This document shows, in pieces, positions 17,530-25,259 of a DNA stretch of 55,213 nucleotides (position 1 is the stretch's first letter; every line of letters starts with the position of its first letter). Source of the stretch: Nanobdellati archaeon (GTDB taxonomy: Archaea > B1Sed10-29 > WALL01); contig WALL01000009.1 in assembly GCA_015522845.1 (NCBI GenBank), forward strand, positions 1-55,213. The letters run 5' to 3'. The notes under the pieces are model-generated. The model had not been told where the DNA came from and ran no database searches. It saw only the letters and a program-made list of their open reading frames with translations. Position numbers and translations under genes: made by a program.

Positions 17530-18774
17530 ATGGGGATACATATCCAAGCAGGCACAGCCTGGTCAAAGGCAAAAAGCGCAAAAAAAGCTGGCGAGGAGGC
17601 AGCAAAGGCAGCCATGAAAAGGGCAGGGGCAGATAGCTGTAACTTCGTCCTGGTGTTTGCCTCTTCCAAATACGCCCCACAAAAGGTGCTTGACGGTGTG
17701 ACAAAAGTAACAGGGAATGCGCCACTCTACGGCTGCACAACGGCAGGGGAAATAAATGAGAAAGGGGCATATGACGGCTCCGTAACTGTAATGGTAATAA
17801 AGTCAAAATATGTGCGCGTGGGGGTTGGGGTTGCAACTGGCGTGCGCAAGAGCCCTGCTGCTGCAGGAGAAAAGGCAGCGACCAATGCGCTGAAAGCACT
17901 TAAAAGAGAGCCGCGCCTGCAGTCCCTTGCACTGTTTAAAAAATCCTCTTGGGAAATGGTCAAGTTTCACCCATATATCTGCCTTGACACAATAGATGGG
18001 CTTTCGGGCCAGGAAGAGGATGTTCTGAATGGGATAATGCAGGTAATGGGGACCAACCCAATTATCGGCGGGTCTGCCGGGGACGACCTAAAGCTGAAGA
18101 AAACCTACCAGTTCTGCAATGGCAAGGCGTACACCGATGCTGTTGTGGCGGCTGTAATTTCAACAGACCTCTACACAAGCATTGTCTCAAAGCATGGCTG
18201 GAAGCCATTGTCAAAGACAGTAGTTGCCACGAAAACAGATGGCAGGAAGCTCATTGAGATAAACCACCGCCCTGCTGTTGAGGGGTATGCAAAGCTGCTA
18301 AAATGCGACCCCAAAAAGCTAATACAAGAAGGCACAATCGCATTTGGGACTGGGCTGGAATACCCCCTTGCCATACCAGACATAAGCGGGGAGCCCTGGC
18401 TAAGGCATCCCTTTTCTGTTGAAAAGGATGGCTCAATAGACTTCTTCTCTAGAATCCCAAAAACTGCCGTCCTTCAGCTGATGAAGGGGAAGAAGGAATG
18501 GCTCATCCAAGCAGGAGAGCAGGCAGCACGGGAAGCAAAGAGAAAAGCGGGTGGCACGCCTGCCTGTGGCATAATGTTCAATTGCGTGGCAAGGAAAGCG
18601 CTGTTGGGCAAGCAGGCTGGCACTGAAATCAAGGAGATTAGCAAGCTATTGAATGCCCCCTTTGCAGGGTTTTATACCTATGGCGAGCAATCCCCAACCA
18701 GCCGTGGGGCGAATGGGCACAAGAACCAAACAATTAACCTGCTGCTGTTTGCTGACAAGCTGATAACTGACTAA
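17530..18774 (+). CDS. FIST-domain sensory protein (FIST_N + FIST_C)
   Basis: NFVLVFASSKYAPQKVLDGV...LYGCTTAGEI, IIGGSAGD, and FNCVARKALLGKQAGTEI...FAGFYTYGEQ are typical FIST signatures. Confidence 0.7.
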   Translation: MGIHIQAGTAWSKAKSAKKAGEEAAKAAMKRAGADSCNFVLVFASSKYAPQKVLDGVTKVTGNAPLYGCTTAGEINEKGAYDGSVTVMVIKSKYVRVGVGVATGVRKSPAAAGEKAATNALKALKREPRLQSLALFKKSSWEMVKFHPYICLDTIDGLSGQEEDVLNGIMQVMGTNPIIGGSAGDDLKLKKTYQFCNGKAYTDAVVAAVISTDLYTSIVSKHGWKPLSKTVVATKTDGRKLIEINHRPAVEGYAKLLKCDPKKLIQEGTIAFGTGLEYPLAIPDISGEPWLRHPFSVEKDGSIDFFSRIPKTAVLQLMKGKKEWLIQAGEQAAREAKRKAGGTPACGIMFNCVARKALLGKQAGTEIKEISKLLNAPFAGFYTYGEQSPTSRGANGHKNQTINLLLFADKLITD

Positions 18775-18901
18775 GGATAAAACCAAAGCGGGACACTGCT
18801 TCTTCGGCAAGGCATACTCGAGTGGTTAAGTTTGTTGTTATTCTAAACATGCAAAAGTACAGAAACATTAATAAAAAGAAAAATGCGAAAGACAACGGCA
18901 C

Positions 18902-18976
18902 GGGCCCGTAGCTCAGCCTGGCTAGAGCACTAGGCTTTTAACCTAGGTGTCGGGGGTTCGAATCCCCTCGGGCCCG
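18902..18976 (+). tRNA. tRNA-Lys (anticodon UUU)
   Basis: Hand-folded cloverleaf: GGGCCCG/CGGGCCC acceptor, GCTC/GAGC D stem, CTAGG/CCTAG anticodon stem with loop CTTTTAA, T arm GGGGG-TTCGAAT-CCCCT. No CCA is encoded. Confidence 0.9.
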
Positions 18977-18978
18977 CT

Positions 18979-19020
18979 GGGGGGCTTTATTCCCCCTCCT
19001 TGGGTTCTAGTTTTCCGCCA
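18979..19020 (+). terminator. tRNA trailer: G-rich hairpin plus AGTTTTCCGCC motif
   Basis: GGGGGG-ctttatt-CCCCC starts 2 nt after the discriminator and is followed by ttgggttctAGTTTTCCGCC. The same architecture follows tRNA-Arg and both tRNA-Gly genes. Confidence 0.5.
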
Positions 19021-19140
19021 GGTTATATTGCTCAAACGTCAGTTTCTTTGGATTCCCAAGAGCCTTTCTTTTCGAAAGAAAGGCTGCTGTTTGGATCCCC
19101 TCGGGCCCGCTACTATTTATTGTGTTGTTGGGTTGGCTGT

Positions 19141-19196
19141 TTTCCGCCGGCGCTTTTATACCGGGCGAGCGAAGCGAGTAACAGAAAGGGCCGTTT
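19141..19196. repeat. 56-nt module-2 repeat (copy 1)
   Basis: tttccgccggcgcttttataccgggcgagcgaagcgagtaAcagaaagggccgttt matches 30217..30272 at 55 of 56 positions. Confidence 0.85.
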
Positions 19197-19288
19197 CCGC
19201 CAGCGCTGTAGGTTATGCATCCCGCCATCCAGTTTGGGCGCCCACTCATGAAAGCTATAAAAAGGGACTAGCCACAACTAATTAGAGT

Positions 19289-20839
19289 ATGCATTGGGCA
19301 GAGCAGTATGCAAAGGAGATAATAAGGCGCAATCCGGACAAGGGAACCTATGTCGTAGAGTCGGGCATAACCCCAAGCGGTGTTGTGCACGCAGGCAACT
19401 TCCGCGAGGTGCTGACGCAGGACTTTGTCTACAAGTCGCTCCTGAAGGAGGGTATGGATGCCAAATACCTCTATATATGGGACGACTACGACCGGCTGCG
19501 GAAGGTTCCGAAGGGCATAAGTGGAGAGTGGGAGCAGTACATAGGGGTGCCCGTTTCAGACGTGCCCGACCCATGGGGCTGCCACGACAGCTATTCTGAG
19601 CATTTTGCAAGCAAGCTCATTGAGGAAAACGAGAGGTGTGGGGTGAATGCAGACTATGTGCGCATGAGCGACGAGTATAAGCGATGTGAGTTTGCAGAGG
19701 AGATGAGAACCGCACTTGAAAACAGGCTGAAGATAAAAGGCATATTGGACAGCTACAGAAAAGTGCCCCTCCCAGATGGCTGGATGCCCATACGTGTTTA
19801 TTGCGAGAAGTGCGGCAAGGATACAACAAAGGCGGAGTACCTTGGCGGCTATAGGGTTAGGTATACATGCGAGTGCGGGCACTCTGGCGAGTTTGACTTC
19901 CGCAAGAAGGGCAACGCAAAGATGGTCTGGCGCGTCTGCTGGGCGCAGCGCTGGAAGCACTACGGTGTTGACTTTGAGAGCAGCGGCAAGGACCATCATG
20001 CTGCTGGCGGGAGCTGGGATACAGGCACCCGGATAAGCCGGGAAGTATTCAACCATGAGCCGCCGCTTGGGCCAATGTACGAGTTTATCTATGCAAAAGG
20101 GCAGAAGGAGAAGATGAGCTCAAGCGCCGGGAATGTGTTCACAGTAAGCGACTTGCTGAAGATATATGAGCCGGAGATTGTAAGGTTCCTTTACACAGGA
20201 AAGATAAACCACGCGCTGGAAATCCCGTTTGACATGGGCGTGCTAAACAATTACAGCAACTATGATAGGATTGAGCGGCAGTACTTTGGCAAGGAAGCTG
20301 TAGCTGATGAGAAAGGGCAGGAGAACATGCGGGCAATATACGAGCTAAGCCAGCTTGGCGAGCCAAAGGAGCGGGCGCAGCCGCCATTTGGGTTTTGTGC
20401 GAGCCTCTCCCAGCTAACTGCTGATGTTGACGAGGCAATTAGCATATTGCAGCGGACAGGGCACATCAGTAAGGCACTTAGCAAGGAAGATCGTGAGCGC
20501 ATTGCCCTACGGCTAAGGCTGGCAAGGAACTGGGTAGATGAGTTTGCCCCAGACCAGGTGAGGATATTGCTGCTTAAGAAGATGCCTGATGTAGATCTTA
20601 CCCAAGCCCAAAGGGGGGCACTCTCAATGCTAGCTGGCGCAATTGGCAGGGCATCCAGTGCAGAAGCACTTGGCAAGGAGATAAAGGCAATAACAGAAAA
20701 AAAGGGGGTAAGGCCAAAGGAGCTTTTTGAAGCGGCTTACCTGCTGCTGCTTGGGAAGAGGCAAGGCCCGCGCCTAGCCCCGTTCCTGCTGTCGCTGGAT
20801 GAGAAGTTCGTTGTGAAAAGGCTTAGGATGGAGGGATAA
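19289..20839 (+). CDS. lysK: Class I lysyl-tRNA synthetase
   Basis: HIGH-type motif SGVVHAGNFRE and KMSKS-type motif EKMSSSAGN. Length and N-terminus match archaeal class I LysRS. Confidence 0.9.
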   Translation: MHWAEQYAKEIIRRNPDKGTYVVESGITPSGVVHAGNFREVLTQDFVYKSLLKEGMDAKYLYIWDDYDRLRKVPKGISGEWEQYIGVPVSDVPDPWGCHDSYSEHFASKLIEENERCGVNADYVRMSDEYKRCEFAEEMRTALENRLKIKGILDSYRKVPLPDGWMPIRVYCEKCGKDTTKAEYLGGYRVRYTCECGHSGEFDFRKKGNAKMVWRVCWAQRWKHYGVDFESSGKDHHAAGGSWDTGTRISREVFNHEPPLGPMYEFIYAKGQKEKMSSSAGNVFTVSDLLKIYEPEIVRFLYTGKINHALEIPFDMGVLNNYSNYDRIERQYFGKEAVADEKGQENMRAIYELSQLGEPKERAQPPFGFCASLSQLTADVDEAISILQRTGHISKALSKEDRERIALRLRLARNWVDEFAPDQVRILLLKKMPDVDLTQAQRGALSMLAGAIGRASSAEALGKEIKAITEKKGVRPKELFEAAYLLLLGKRQGPRLAPFLLSLDEKFVVKRLRMEG

Positions 20840-20840
20840 G

Positions 20841-21842
20841 ATGGATGTGATGGGGATACTTGCAAAGAAGAAAAAGCCAGTCATGGGAAAAGTAATGCAG
20901 CTGATAGGAGATGGCAAGCCAAAGGGGCTTTATGAGATGATGCGCGACTACCCGCTAAGGAGCGGCAAGGGGCTTAGGCCTTCACTGGTGCTTATAACTG
21001 CAGAGGCATATGGCGCAAGTCCAAGAGATGCCATGATCACGGCAGCAGCAATGGAGATGTTCCAGAACTGGGTGCTAATACATGATGACATAGAGGACAA
21101 AAGCAAGGAGAGGCGCGGAAAGCCGTGCCTGCACCGCATCTACGGCATCCCGCTTGCAATAAACGCTGGCGATGCCCTCCACATAAAAATGTGGGAAGCG
21201 CTAGCAAAAAATGAAAAATTGCTTGGCACGAGGAAGGCATTTGCCGTAATCAAAAAGATGGGCGAGATGCTTGACCGCACCGTCGAAGGCCAGACAATGG
21301 AGCTGTCATGGGTCCAAAACCAAAGCTGGAATGTAACTGAGAGGGACTATTACACGATGGTCTACAAGAAGACCTCATGGTACACTGTGATTGCACCCAT
21401 GCAGTTTGGGGCAATAATAGCAGGCAAGGGGAACATGAAAGCAATACACGCCTTTGGCGATGCGCTAGGAAAGGCGTTCCAGCTGCAGGATGACATATTA
21501 AACCTAACTGCGGGGGAGGCTTACGGCAAGGAGATTGCTGGCGACATTTACGAGGGGAAGAGGACCCTTATGCTAATCCACCTGCTTAAGCACTGCTCAG
21601 CAGCAGAGAGGAAGAGGATAATTAGGATAATGAACAAGCCGCGCGAGAAAAAGGCAAAGGCAGAGGTAAAGTCCATAGTTGCGCTAATGGACAAGTACGG
21701 CAGCATTAGCTATGCAAAAAGCGCTGCAGCAAGATATGCAGCAAAAGCAAAAAAGCTGTTCCCCCAGCTGCGCATACCAAGGGGGAAAGCAAGGCAGGAG
21801 CTTGAGGCAATAATCAGTTTCATCATCGAGAGGGAGCTGTAA
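20841..21842 (+). CDS. idsA: trans-Polyprenyl diphosphate synthase (GGPP synthase-like)
   Basis: First Asp-rich motif LIHDDIEDKSKERRGKP and second motif FQLQDDILN. Confidence 0.85.
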   Translation: MDVMGILAKKKKPVMGKVMQLIGDGKPKGLYEMMRDYPLRSGKGLRPSLVLITAEAYGASPRDAMITAAAMEMFQNWVLIHDDIEDKSKERRGKPCLHRIYGIPLAINAGDALHIKMWEALAKNEKLLGTRKAFAVIKKMGEMLDRTVEGQTMELSWVQNQSWNVTERDYYTMVYKKTSWYTVIAPMQFGAIIAGKGNMKAIHAFGDALGKAFQLQDDILNLTAGEAYGKEIAGDIYEGKRTLMLIHLLKHCSAAERKRIIRIMNKPREKKAKAEVKSIVALMDKYGSISYAKSAAARYAAKAKKLFPQLRIPRGKARQELEAIISFIIEREL

Positions 21843-21881
21843 TTGCGCACGGGGCTGTTCCCTTCAATGCTTCCCTACGAA

Positions 21882-21922
21882 CCCTTTTCTGCTAAAAGCT
21901 GTGGGAAAAGCGTTCACGGAAA
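21882..21922. repeat. 41-nt core-1 repeat between convergent idsA and tRNA-Gly(UCC)
   Basis: cccttttctgctaaaagctgtgggaaaagcgttcacggaaa is near-identical to 23937..23977 and 30171..30211. Confidence 0.85.
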
Positions 21923-21958
21923 CTAAAATCCAGCAAACGGGGAGCTTCGCCCCCCCAA

Positions 21959-22055
21959 TGCACCGGCCGGGATTCGAACCCGGGTTATTGGCTTTCTCCC
22001 AACCGATTTGCGGTTGTTGGAAGGCCAAAGTCCTACCAGGCTAGACTACCGGTGC
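21959..22055 (-). tRNA. tRNA-Gly (anticodon UCC) with a 24-nt intron at the canonical 37/38 position
   Basis: GCACCGG/CCGGTGC acceptor, and anticodon stem TTGGC/GCCAA interrupted after CTTCCA by ACAACCGCAAATCGGTTGGGAGAA. The intron helix CAACCG/CGGTTG is compatible with a bulge-helix-bulge. T arm CCGGG-TTCGAAT-CCCGG. Confidence 0.85.
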
Positions 22056-22078
22056 AAACTTGGCAGAAAAGGGCTGAG

Positions 22079-22151
22079 TGGGACGGGTGGGACTTGAACC
22101 CACGACATCACGGTCTTCAGCCGTGCACTCTCCCAGCTGAGTTACCGTCCC
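22079..22151 (-). tRNA. tRNA-Phe (anticodon GAA)
   Basis: GGGACGG/CCGTCCC acceptor, anticodon loop CTGAAGA, T arm GTGGG-TTCAAGT-CCCAC. It lies 23 nt upstream of tRNA-Gly(UCC), so the two are probably co-transcribed. Confidence 0.9.
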
Positions 22152-22186
22152 GCTATGGCAGTTTTGAGTGGTGGCATTTAAAACCT

Positions 22187-23791
22187 TTATCCCTTCCTTA
22201 GCTTCATTAGCTTAGCCCATTCCTCCCGCTCTTCAAAGGGTATCTTCTTGTTTTCTTGTATTGGCACAAGCAGGACCATGACAATCCCAATGGCTGCAAT
22301 GGCCATAACCGCAACAAATATCCAGCCAGAGTTGCTTATTAGGAAGTTGCTCACTGCTTCTTCCCCACTCTCCCCGCTGCCCTTACTTGGCACGGTTATC
22401 TCACCAAATGCATTTGCGGTTGAATTGCCTGTACTGACGCTTATCTCATAGTTATGTGGGCCTGCCTTAGCAGGGAAGAGGAACTCAAGCACTTTGGAGC
22501 TGCCGGATGCCAAGGGGAACGTCTGCTGTTGGGTCCCCATATCAGTTATTACGCTAGCGGCTACGCCTGCATAATCCGTGCTGCCAATGTTCTTTACCCC
22601 AACTTCAATGCGTATCTTGCTGCCCATGACTGAGGCGTAGACATTCTTAATCTCAAACTCGCTATAGCCCTTTGCGGATAGCATAGGGTCGACGGTGACA
22701 GGAAACCTTTTGCTGGCACGTGGGCCCACTAAAAAGACGTAATAGGTGTCCCTCTCCCCATAAGGCGCCACAAACTTCCACTGGATCATCTTTGTCTCGC
22801 CCGGCCCGATGATGGCGCTTTTCCTAAAGTCGGAAAGCAGCTCTATGCCAACGGTTTTCTGTGCGGCATATGTTGGGATGAGCACATTTGGGCCGGTGTT
22901 TGTCACATTAACATTAAGGAAGAAGCTGCCCTTTGGGGGGACGCGGCTGTGGGAGGTGCTGGCAGATACGGACAGTGGGATTGCATACCCCCCAGCTGAG
23001 TAGCCAAGCACCTTAATGTCCTCAAGTGACTGGGGGAATTGGTAAAACAAGTATGTTGGTGCGGCATACAGCTTGATATGCATAGCATTCACAAGGCCAA
23101 TCTCGCTGAAGGTTGGGTCTACCGGGATCCACTCCCCCCCTATGAGGCTTTCAGCCCACGCATGCCTTTGCCATTGCGTGCCCGTATAGACAAGCCCAGT
23201 GGCGAGGCGTGTTGGGATATTAAGGGAGCGTGCCAGTGCAATGTAGACATTAGTGAACTCATCGCATACCCCTTGCCTGCTCTTAAGGACAGCAGATGCA
23301 GGCTCAATCTTGTCCCAGTAGCTGGTGTTGTATTCGATATACGAGTTTACCCAGAGAGCCAAGTCCCTTATTGCCTCAAGGGCAGTGTGGCTATTTCTTG
23401 TTACATCCAGCGCCCTCTGTGCGATACTTGGGTCGCTTGGATCGTAGTATGCCCCACCACCAAGGTATTCAGGAGGGCCAGCAATGGCCACAGGGAATCT
23501 TTCATCCCTTGGTATTTTGGGCTTGCTGGCATCAATGGAGACATCAAATATGAACGAGTAATTTCCCTCAACAGTAAGCAGGGCATTGCCATAGCTGTCG
23601 TGCTTTACAGGGAGCTTCCCATAGTCAACCAGCTGCCTGCCGTCGTTCTGGGGTATGTAAAGGCTTTGCGGCCGCGGGGTATAGCCGCTTATCTTTATTG
23701 TGACATTGGCCCTGCCAGCACTTTCTGGAAGCTGTGCAATTGCCATTGAGAGCAGCAGCACAAGCAGCACTATGCGCCTCATCTGTACCAA
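22187..23791 (-). CDS. Secreted, C-terminally anchored transglutaminase-like protein
   Basis: Signal peptide MVQMRRIVLLVLLLSMAIA. An intact Cys-His-Asp core: QGVCDEFTNVYIALARSLNIPTRLATG...RHAWAE...WIPVDPT. C-terminal TM segment WIFVAVMAIAAIGIVMVLLV. Confidence 0.8.
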   Translation of the reverse strand: MVQMRRIVLLVLLLSMAIAQLPESAGRANVTIKISGYTPRPQSLYIPQNDGRQLVDYGKLPVKHDSYGNALLTVEGNYSFIFDVSIDASKPKIPRDERFPVAIAGPPEYLGGGAYYDPSDPSIAQRALDVTRNSHTALEAIRDLALWVNSYIEYNTSYWDKIEPASAVLKSRQGVCDEFTNVYIALARSLNIPTRLATGLVYTGTQWQRHAWAESLIGGEWIPVDPTFSEIGLVNAMHIKLYAAPTYLFYQFPQSLEDIKVLGYSAGGYAIPLSVSASTSHSRVPPKGSFFLNVNVTNTGPNVLIPTYAAQKTVGIELLSDFRKSAIIGPGETKMIQWKFVAPYGERDTYYVFLVGPRASKRFPVTVDPMLSAKGYSEFEIKNVYASVMGSKIRIEVGVKNIGSTDYAGVAASVITDMGTQQQTFPLASGSSKVLEFLFPAKAGPHNYEISVSTGNSTANAFGEITVPSKGSGESGEEAVSNFLISNSGWIFVAVMAIAAIGIVMVLLVPIQENKKIPFEEREEWAKLMKLRKG

Positions 23792-23832
23792 TAAAAGCAG
23801 AGTTGATATAAATAGTTGCTAGCCCCACCATG

Positions 23833-23872
23833 CCCTTTCTGCTAAAAGCCGCGAGAAAAGCATTCACAAAAA
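23833..23872. repeat. Diverged core-1 repeat copy
   Basis: ccctttctgctaaaagccgcgagaaaagcattcacaaaaa aligns with the core at 23937 with several substitutions. Confidence 0.6.
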
Positions 23873-23906
23873 AGAGCAATGTGCAAGGGGGCTTTACATC
23901 CCCTTG

Positions 23907-23932
23907 CCCCCAGTGCGCTAGAGGGGATTCGA
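23907..23932 (-). pseudogene. Duplicated 3' fragment of tRNA-Gly(GCC) (T-loop to 3' end plus 7 nt of trailer)
   Basis: cccccagtgcgctagaggggattcga is identical to 24010..24035. No 5' half is present. Confidence 0.8.
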
Positions 23933-23936
23933 CGAA

Positions 23937-23977
23937 CCCTTTTCTGTTAAAAGCTGTGGGAAAAGCGTTCACGGAAA
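23937..23977. repeat. 41-nt core-1 repeat in the tRNA-Gly(GCC) trailer
   Basis: cccttttctgttaaaagctgtgggaaaagcgttcacggaaa. Similarity to the tRNA-Gly(UCC) trailer continues to the tRNA 3' end (23931..24016 versus 21876..21958). Confidence 0.85.
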
Positions 23978-24016
23978 CTGAAATCCAGCAAGCAGGGGGA
24001 GCTTCGCTCCCCCCAG

Positions 24017-24090
24017 TGCGCTAGAGGGGATTCGAACCCCTGTTACAGGATTGGCAACCCTGAGTCCTAACCAGACTAGACTACTAGCGC
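24017..24090 (-). tRNA. tRNA-Gly (anticodon GCC)
   Basis: GCGCTAG/CTAGCGC acceptor, anticodon loop TTGCCAA, T arm AGGGG-TTCGAAT-CCCCT. Confidence 0.9.
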
Positions 24091-24096
24091 ACCCAG

Positions 24097-24171
24097 AGGG
24101 CCCGACGGGATTCGAACCCGCGACACCGAGGTTAAGAGCCTCGTGCTCTATCCAGGCTGAGCTACGGGCCC
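24097..24171 (-). tRNA. tRNA-Lys (anticodon CUU)
   Basis: GGGCCCG/CGGGCCC acceptor, anticodon loop CTCTTAA, T arm GCGGG-TTCGAAT-CCCGT. It lies 6 nt upstream of tRNA-Gly(GCC). Confidence 0.9.
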
Positions 24172-24228
24172 AAGGGCACCGCCTTAAGCAGCGGAGCTTT
24201 TTATACGGCTAGTTATATAAAAAGGATT

Positions 24229-24726
24229 ATGCCAGTAACGGTGCTTAGGATGGGCCACAGGCCGCAGCGCGACAAGCGAGTGACAACTCACTGCGCCCTA
24301 GTGGCAAGGGCATTTGGCGCAGAGGGCATCATTTATTCCGGGGTTAAAGACCCAAAGTTTGAGGAAACCATACACAAAGTTGTGGGTAGCTGGGGCGGCC
24401 CCTTCTTTGTGCGCTATGAGAAGAGCTGGCGCAAGGCAATAAGGGAGTTCAAGGGGAAAAAGGCACACCTTACGATGTATGGGCTCCCGTTTGAGGAAGT
24501 GCATATCCCAAAAGGGAACCTCTTAGTGATAGTCGGTGCTGAAAAGGTTCCCGGCGAGGTATACAGCCTTGCAGACTATAACATTGCAATAGGCAGCCAG
24601 CCCCATTCTGAGATTGCAGCGCTGGCGGTTTTCCTTTATCATATTAGCGGCGTAAAGGAAGAATTTGATGGGGCAAGGCTAAGGATTACCCCTTCCATAC
24701 GGGGCAAAAAGGTTAATATACCTTAA
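24229..24726 (+). CDS. trm56: tRNA (cytidine56-2'-O)-methyltransferase aTrm56 (SPOUT)
   Basis: [31 protein letters not shown] and [13 protein letters not shown]...[11 protein letters not shown] match the aTrm56 family signature. Confidence 0.8.
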   Translation: MPVTVLRMGHRPQRDKRVTTHCALVARAFGAEGIIYSGVKDPKFEETIHKVVGSWGGPFFVRYEKSWRKAIREFKGKKAHLTMYGLPFEEVHIPKGNLLVIVGAEKVPGEVYSLADYNIAIGSQPHSEIAALAVFLYHISGVKEEFDGARLRITPSIRGKKVNIP

Positions 24727-24742
24727 TCCCCATAACAACGGG

Positions 24743-25258
24743 GTGGCAGTTTCATTAACTAACCGCCAGGTTAACAAGCTTCTTGAAGAAGTAATCGGCC
24801 ATGACGGCGTTCTAGTTCTAAAGGCTTGTGATCTAAAGAACGGGATAACCGACGAGGGTATACAGAGAAAGACAGGCCTCTCATTGCCAAAGATACGGTC
24901 CCAGCTAAACCAGCTGCACTACCGCGGCCTAATCCGCTACAACCGTGAGAAAAACCAAAACACAAACTGGTACACTTACACGTGGTTTGCAAACAAGGAT
25001 AAGATCCATGAGGTCATCTCGTCGGAGTGGGCGAACTACTTGGAGAAGCTGGAGAAGCAATTGGACTATGAGTCAAACTACATATTTTACGCCTGCGAGA
25101 ATGGCTGCGGCAAGCTGCCTTTTGAGCTGGCAAGCGAGTATGACTTTAAGTGCCCTGACTGTGGGGGGGAGCTTAAGCACATTGACAACAAAGCAAAAGT
25201 TAGGGAGATACTTAAGGAGATAAAAGAAGTGAAAGCATTAATGAAGCAGCTGGCTTGA
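24743..25258 (+). CDS. tfe: Transcription factor E (TFIIE-alpha homolog)
   Basis: Winged helix (ITDEGIQRKTGLSLPKIRSQLNQLHYRGLIRY) followed by a Zn ribbon (C-x4-C ... CPDCGGEL). GTG start. Confidence 0.8.
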   Translation: MAVSLTNRQVNKLLEEVIGHDGVLVLKACDLKNGITDEGIQRKTGLSLPKIRSQLNQLHYRGLIRYNREKNQNTNWYTYTWFANKDKIHEVISSEWANYLEKLEKQLDYESNYIFYACENGCGKLPFELASEYDFKCPDCGGELKHIDNKAKVREILKEIKEVKALMKQLA

Positions 25259-25259
25259 C

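Noticed and set aside
18902-19111. Integrated mobile element or prophage at tRNA-Lys, suggested by the att-like duplication of the tRNA 3' end
   Set aside because: Only 116 nt lie between the repeats. No integrase, transposase or cargo gene occurs here or anywhere in the window. It is reported as a repeat scar instead.
18947-19285. Overlapping ORFs of 80-112 aa on both strands downstream of tRNA-Lys(UUU)
   Set aside because: They start inside the tRNA, span the trailer hairpin, the pseudo-3'-end and the 56-nt repeat, and show no protein-like composition.
23039-23749. A 236-aa plus-strand ORF
   Set aside because: It is antisense to the transglutaminase-like gene, whose Cys-His-Asp core is intact.
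23830-24024. A 64-aa ORF with internally repeated PFLLKA.GKAFTE peptide, and related ORFs at 23625..23972 and 30190..30324
   Set aside because: The peptide repeat is the translation of the core-1 DNA repeat. The ORF runs into a tRNA gene, and copies occur in both orientations and in different frames. This is repeat DNA, not a coding gene.
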